A stretch of 38,814 nucleotides of DNA from a virus (Duplodnaviria; Caudoviricetes). Below are positions 35,207-38,814 of this stretch, piece by piece (the stretch's first letter is position 1; each line of letters opens with the position of its first letter). A program made the translations under genes and the position numbers. The notes under the pieces were generated by a model. It ran no database searches, was not told the origin of the DNA, and saw only the letters and a program-made list of their open reading frames with translations. The stretch is taken from the IMG/VR virus record IMGVR_UViG_3300019996_000012, positions 1 through 38,814 of that record; one strand, written 5' to 3'.

Positions 35207-36518
35207 ATGTAGAGACTATCAAGTTCCTACTTGGGAGGCATTGAGAGCAGGAAAAAAGCGCGTTGTTTGTGCGTGGCATCGTGGTGCAGGTAAAGATCTT
35301 TTCGCGCTTAATTTTCTAATATGGAAAGCGTTACAGAAGCCTGCCGTCTATCTACATTGCTTCCCAAAATATAACCAAGGCAAGAAAGCTATATGGAATA
35401 GCGTTCATCAAACTGATGAAGGCATTGCTATGAGCTATCTAGATCATTTTCCAAAAGAAATAATCAAATACAAAAACAGCTCAGATATGCGTTTGGAGCT
35501 TGTTAATGGCTCTGTATATTGCGTGATGGGGGTTGACGGTAAGAATGCGACGCAAGCACGTGGTATGAATCCTAGCTTTGTCATCATGTCAGAATATGCC
35601 TACATGGATCCTGAAAGCTGGTATACTTTAGAGCCTCGTGTTGCTCAGAACAATGGCACAGCCCTATTTTTAAGCACGCCGAATGGACAAAATCATTTCT
35701 ATAATCTCTACAACTATGCTAAATCCGGACACAATCCAGATTATTTTGGCTCCCTTTTAAGTATCGAAGATACGAAAACATTAAGTACAGATCATATCGA
35801 AAAACTTCGCTCTGAAGGTATTCCAGAGGACTTTATCCAACAGGAATACTACTGCTCGTTTACACGCGGAGCAGAAGGATCTTATTATGGTAAACAAATC
35901 CAATCTGCCCGCGATGAGGAACGTATTACTAAACTCAACATCAAAGCTGATCTGCCGGTTCATACCGCTTGGGATATTGGTATTGGAGATTCTAGCTCAA
36001 TTTGGATTTTTCAGCAGCTACATAATGGCAACCTAAATTTCTTACATTATTATGAGAATAACAATGAAGGATTGGATCATTACATCAAATATTTGGACCG
36101 TTGGAAAGAGACTAATAAGGCTATTTGGGGAACTCATTATGTGCCTCATGATATGGGCCACCGTCAATTTGAATCTGGAAATGAACTTACTCTTACAGCT
36201 CTTAACATGGGTTATCCCATGGTGGTAGTTCCAAGAAAATCTATTGAAGAAGGAGTTCAAGCGGTACGATCTTTATTACCTCATTGCTCCTTTGATTCAA
36301 AGGGTTGCGATAGAGGAATCAAATGTCTTGACTTTTACCGAAAAAAATGGAATGACAACCTAAAAGTTTACTATGATGAGCCACTTCACGATCAGTATTC
36401 CCATGGTGCGGATGCCTTTAGAATGGCAGCTATGGGATTAAAACTTATCGGAAGCTCAACAAATAAACTGACCGCATCGTCCATTCAGGAAATGCGTTAC
36501 CGAAACTTAGGATACTAG
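35175..36518 (+). CDS. terL: Terminase large subunit
   Basis: Walker A 'WHRGAGKD', Walker B 'FVIMSEYA', motif III 'FLSTPNGQNHFY', nuclease 'AWDIGIGD', 'HDQYSHGADAFR'. Confidence 0.95.
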   Translation: MPTIQIPHQFECRDYQVPTWEALRAGKKRVVCAWHRGAGKDLFALNFLIWKALQKPAVYLHCFPKYNQGKKAIWNSVHQTDEGIAMSYLDHFPKEIIKYKNSSDMRLELVNGSVYCVMGVDGKNATQARGMNPSFVIMSEYAYMDPESWYTLEPRVAQNNGTALFLSTPNGQNHFYNLYNYAKSGHNPDYFGSLLSIEDTKTLSTDHIEKLRSEGIPEDFIQQEYYCSFTRGAEGSYYGKQIQSARDEERITKLNIKADLPVHTAWDIGIGDSSSIWIFQQLHNGNLNFLHYYENNNEGLDHYIKYLDRWKETNKAIWGTHYVPHDMGHRQFESGNELTLTALNMGYPMVVVPRKSIEEGVQAVRSLLPHCSFDSKGCDRGIKCLDFYRKKWNDNLKVYYDEPLHDQYSHGADAFRMAAMGLKLIGSSTNKLTASSIQEMRYRNLGY

Positions 36519-36527
36519 GAGGTTAAT

Positions 36528-36689
36528 ATGAAAGACGAAAAGAACTTTATGCACATGCACCCTAAAGAGATTGAAGCACAGATTGAACACTGTGAAAACA
36601 AACTCAAGAGCTATGAGAAGCTAAAGACTTCATGGCAAGATATCTTGAACAAATTTAATTTAACGTCATATGCGGAGCAAAAGATATGA
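36528..36689 (+). CDS. Hypothetical protein (53 aa)
   Basis: AGGAGGT RBS; MKDEKNFMHMHPKEIEAQ... Confidence 0.7.
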   Translation: MKDEKNFMHMHPKEIEAQIEHCENKLKSYEKLKTSWQDILNKFNLTSYAEQKI

Positions 36690-36805
36690 TGTTAGAAGTC
36701 TGCATGACATTTTTTTATTTTGGTGCAGGATGTGCGGGCTTTGCGCTCGCACTTCTCTGTTCTTGGCTTTGGAAACGCTTATATGAAGGACTGGACATAA
36801 CATGA
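36686..36805 (+). CDS. Single-TM peptide (39 aa)
   Basis: MMLEVCMTFFYFGAGCAGFALALLCSWLWKRLYEGLDIT; GGAG RBS, ATGA coupling. Confidence 0.55.
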   Translation: MMLEVCMTFFYFGAGCAGFALALLCSWLWKRLYEGLDIT

Positions 36806-36817
36806 AAAGGAAAGAAA

Positions 36818-36979
36818 ATGAAAAGATTAGCCGTTATCTTATGTGCAATTTTGGGCGGCTGCACATATTCAATCAACATGGTTCATACAGAGGGATCGGC
36901 ATCTGACGTTGTGGATGAAACACAAGCACCAACAGATGACATTTCACCAACTTTATCGATACCAGCGAAAATGATATGA
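36818..36979 (+). CDS. Small lipoprotein (53 aa)
   Basis: MKRLAVILCAILGG-C lipobox, then TYSINMVHTEGSASDVVDETQAP... Confidence 0.75.
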   Translation: MKRLAVILCAILGGCTYSINMVHTEGSASDVVDETQAPTDDISPTLSIPAKMI

Positions 36980-37224
36980 AGATAGAAACAATTAAAAAAC
37001 GAACTGACCAAGTTCGAAAAACCATAAGACTGGGAAGCAATTTCAAAGAATTTAGAACCAGCTTGAAAAGATTATTAACTAGTTACAATTTTATGTGGGA
37101 GCATATGGATAAGCAAATCAAAAAGATACAGAAGGACCTGAAACATGGTGAGAAGGATACATCGAAACTTCTCAAAATGGACAAGAAGCAAGATAAAAAA
37201 CTTAAGAAGATGAAGAAATGCTAA
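36976..37224 (+). CDS. Lys-rich small protein
   Basis: C-terminal MDKQIKKIQKDLKHGEKDTSKLLKMDKKQDKKLKKMKKC; may start internally at a GGGAG-preceded ATG near 37105. Confidence 0.55.
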   Translation: MKIETIKKRTDQVRKTIRLGSNFKEFRTSLKRLLTSYNFMWEHMDKQIKKIQKDLKHGEKDTSKLLKMDKKQDKKLKKMKKC

Positions 37225-37427
37225 AGTTTCTCAAGAAGCTTTTCAGATCTAAAGAAGTCGATCACAAGGCGATTCTTTTGGGCGATGAATATAATTGCTT
37301 GCACAAAGCAATCAATGAAGCTATAAAAGAACAGTTCGACATAGGCTGGGCATTTCATTCTATGAATGTCCAGACCTATGATCGAAGAAACATTGCACAT
37401 GCCATTTTGATATTTAAAAGAAAATGA
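37218..37427 (+). CDS. Hypothetical protein
   Basis: 69-aa ORF overlapping the previous gene. Confidence 0.55.
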   Translation: MLKFLKKLFRSKEVDHKAILLGDEYNCLHKAINEAIKEQFDIGWAFHSMNVQTYDRRNIAHAILIFKRK

Positions 37428-37568
37428 AATTAAGATTTTTTTGCCCATCCTGTAAGAAACATTTCATAGGTAATAAACTAATAGATAACAATTATTGTGT
37501 TAATTGCGCTGTTGAATTGGTTTTCGTTGGTGCTTTATTAACTGATAATAAAAATAGTAAATTAACTA

Positions 37569-37597
37569 TTTACAAATAGATTTTTTTTGTGTACGGT
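37569..37597 (+). promoter_or_regulatory. Candidate promoter for the portal operon
   Basis: TTTACA-17-TACGGT with TGTG upstream of the -10. Confidence 0.4.
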
Positions 37598-37627
37598 GTC
37601 AAGTAAATAATAAACTACGGGTTTATA

Positions 37628-37837
37628 ATGACTTGGCCGGATGTCTTCGACTTTATCAAATACAATTCTCCATTTCTAAATGAAGAAACTTTTTGTCTCA
37701 AAGTCAGAGATGGATACCAAGAATCAGCTTTGAAATTTATTTTTAAGTTCAATGAAGCCGATCTTAATCATATCAAAAATCCACCTCCTGACAATGTCGT
37801 AGCGTCAGAACCTTATAATGTCATAAGGAACAAATAA
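37628..37837 (+). CDS. Hypothetical protein
   Basis: 69-aa ORF directly before the portal. Confidence 0.55.
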   Translation: MTWPDVFDFIKYNSPFLNEETFCLKVRDGYQESALKFIFKFNEADLNHIKNPPPDNVVASEPYNVIRNK

Positions 37838-37839
37838 CT

Positions 37840-38814
37840 ATGGCTTGGCCATCCAATAATCCGATTTCTCGTGAACTAAACGAACGATGGAAAGAATCAA
37901 GTTCTTTATGGCAACAGTGGCAGCAACAGGCTGATATCGATATCAAAATGGTTTCTGGTCAGCAAGATTGTGCTAGAAATTCTTCCGGTTTTGGTGGTGC
38001 TAATTATCGTAATCAGACTCAATTACAATTCAATAAGATCCTTCGTGTTTGCAATATGATCGAAGGCTTTCAGCGTGATAATCGTTTAGCTTCTATCATT
38101 TCAGCTTCGGATAATGACCCTGACATGGGGGAAACGGCAGAGCAAAGAAGCGAAATTCTTTCTTGGAATATGCGTCAGGATCAAACTTACGAAAAGATTT
38201 CTGATTCTTTTTCTGGTAGCGTAAATTGCGGTATTAACTTAATGCAAGTCTGGATGGATTTTAGAGAAGATCCAGAAAATGGACAAATTTGTACTTCTAG
38301 GATACCTTACAACGCATTCTTAATGGATCCTTATTGGACAGATCCTACTTTAAAAACCGATTGTGATTGGATTTGGACAAGGAAATATCTAACCAAGACT
38401 CAAGTAAAAAGCCTTTATCCTAAAGTTGCAGAGCAATTTCCACGTATTGAAACTTCATATGCTGCAAAAGATGGTAAGTTTCCTTTTATGGCTCAGAACT
38501 GGTTTCAAGGGCAATTTAATCTGTTTGCTTATGATGAGTATTGGAAGAAAGACTACAAGAAAGTCAGAAAGATTCTTGATAGAGCAACTGGAGAAGTGGC
38601 TCCATGGAATGGTACGAGGGAACAATTTCAATTGCTTAGACGTTATAATCCTAATGTAGAATTGATTTCCGCTACTGTCCCAACAATCAAAATGTATGTC
38701 TTGGTTAATAATGAGCTCGTTTATGAAGAACAATCACCATATGGTTTGGATCGATTCCCCTTTGTCCCTTTTGTATGTTATCATTTTCCGGAGATTCAGA
38801 ATTATGCTTACCGT
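37840..38814 (+). CDS. Portal protein, N-terminal part (P22-like), runs off the window end
   Basis: Open frame of 325 codons, MAWPSNNPISRELNERW...QFNKILRVCNMIEGFQRDNR...FLMDPY...DCDWIWTRK...SPYGLDRFPFVPF...YAYR. Absent from the ORF track because it has no stop. Confidence 0.88.
   Translation, partial: MAWPSNNPISRELNERWKESSSLWQQWQQQADIDIKMVSGQQDCARNSSGFGGANYRNQTQLQFNKILRVCNMIEGFQRDNRLASIISASDNDPDMGETAEQRSEILSWNMRQDQTYEKISDSFSGSVNCGINLMQVWMDFREDPENGQICTSRIPYNAFLMDPYWTDPTLKTDCDWIWTRKYLTKTQVKSLYPKVAEQFPRIETSYAAKDGKFPFMAQNWFQGQFNLFAYDEYWKKDYKKVRKILDRATGEVAPWNGTREQFQLLRRYNPNVELISATVPTIKMYVLVNNELVYEEQSPYGLDRFPFVPFVCYHFPEIQNYAYR

Noticed and set aside
38426-38733. ORFs 38426-38659 (+) and 38455-38733 (-)
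   Set aside because: Both lie inside the open portal frame starting at 37840.
1-38814. Alternative genetic code (stop-codon reassignment)
   Set aside because: TAA, TAG and TGA all end genes at tight junctions, and coding density is high under code 11. The TAG at 8999 is explained by the intron.

Overview
The window is an essentially complete, circularly permuted ~38.8-kb tailed dsDNA phage genome of podovirus type. The portal gene is split across the two ends (37840-38814 joined to 1-1106). Gene order: terS-terL-small ORFs-portal, then a ~5.5-kb accessory block (two toxin-antitoxin pairs, ParA plus a small partner, metallophosphoesterase, DUF3310, DUF551 x2). Next come scaffold, N4-gp56-type major capsid, FCCH-like decoration genes, adaptor, nozzle, three ejection proteins, an antisense membrane-protein cassette, and several tail fibre/spike genes (repeat beta-solenoid, pectin-lyase-like, C1q). 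The rest is a leftward exonuclease/RecT recombination operon, a Cro-like gene, a replication initiator with internal iterons, an SSB-like gene and RusA. Best-supported surprise: the major capsid gene is interrupted in codon 13 by a 719-nt group I intron (8995-9713) encoding a single-motif LAGLIDADG homing endonuclease; P1, P3, P7, P8, P9 and P10 can be read directly from the sequence. I recognise no integrase, CI repressor or endolysin. ParA with flanking TATATA repeats, two TA modules and a predicted antisense RNA ahead of the initiator suggest a phage-plasmid. Several small proteins resemble, from memory only, families of environmental Chlamydiota, so this may be a tailed phage-plasmid of chlamydiae (inference, needs a database search). 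A structured leader with repeated GUCGCC-loop hairpins precedes the scaffold gene.
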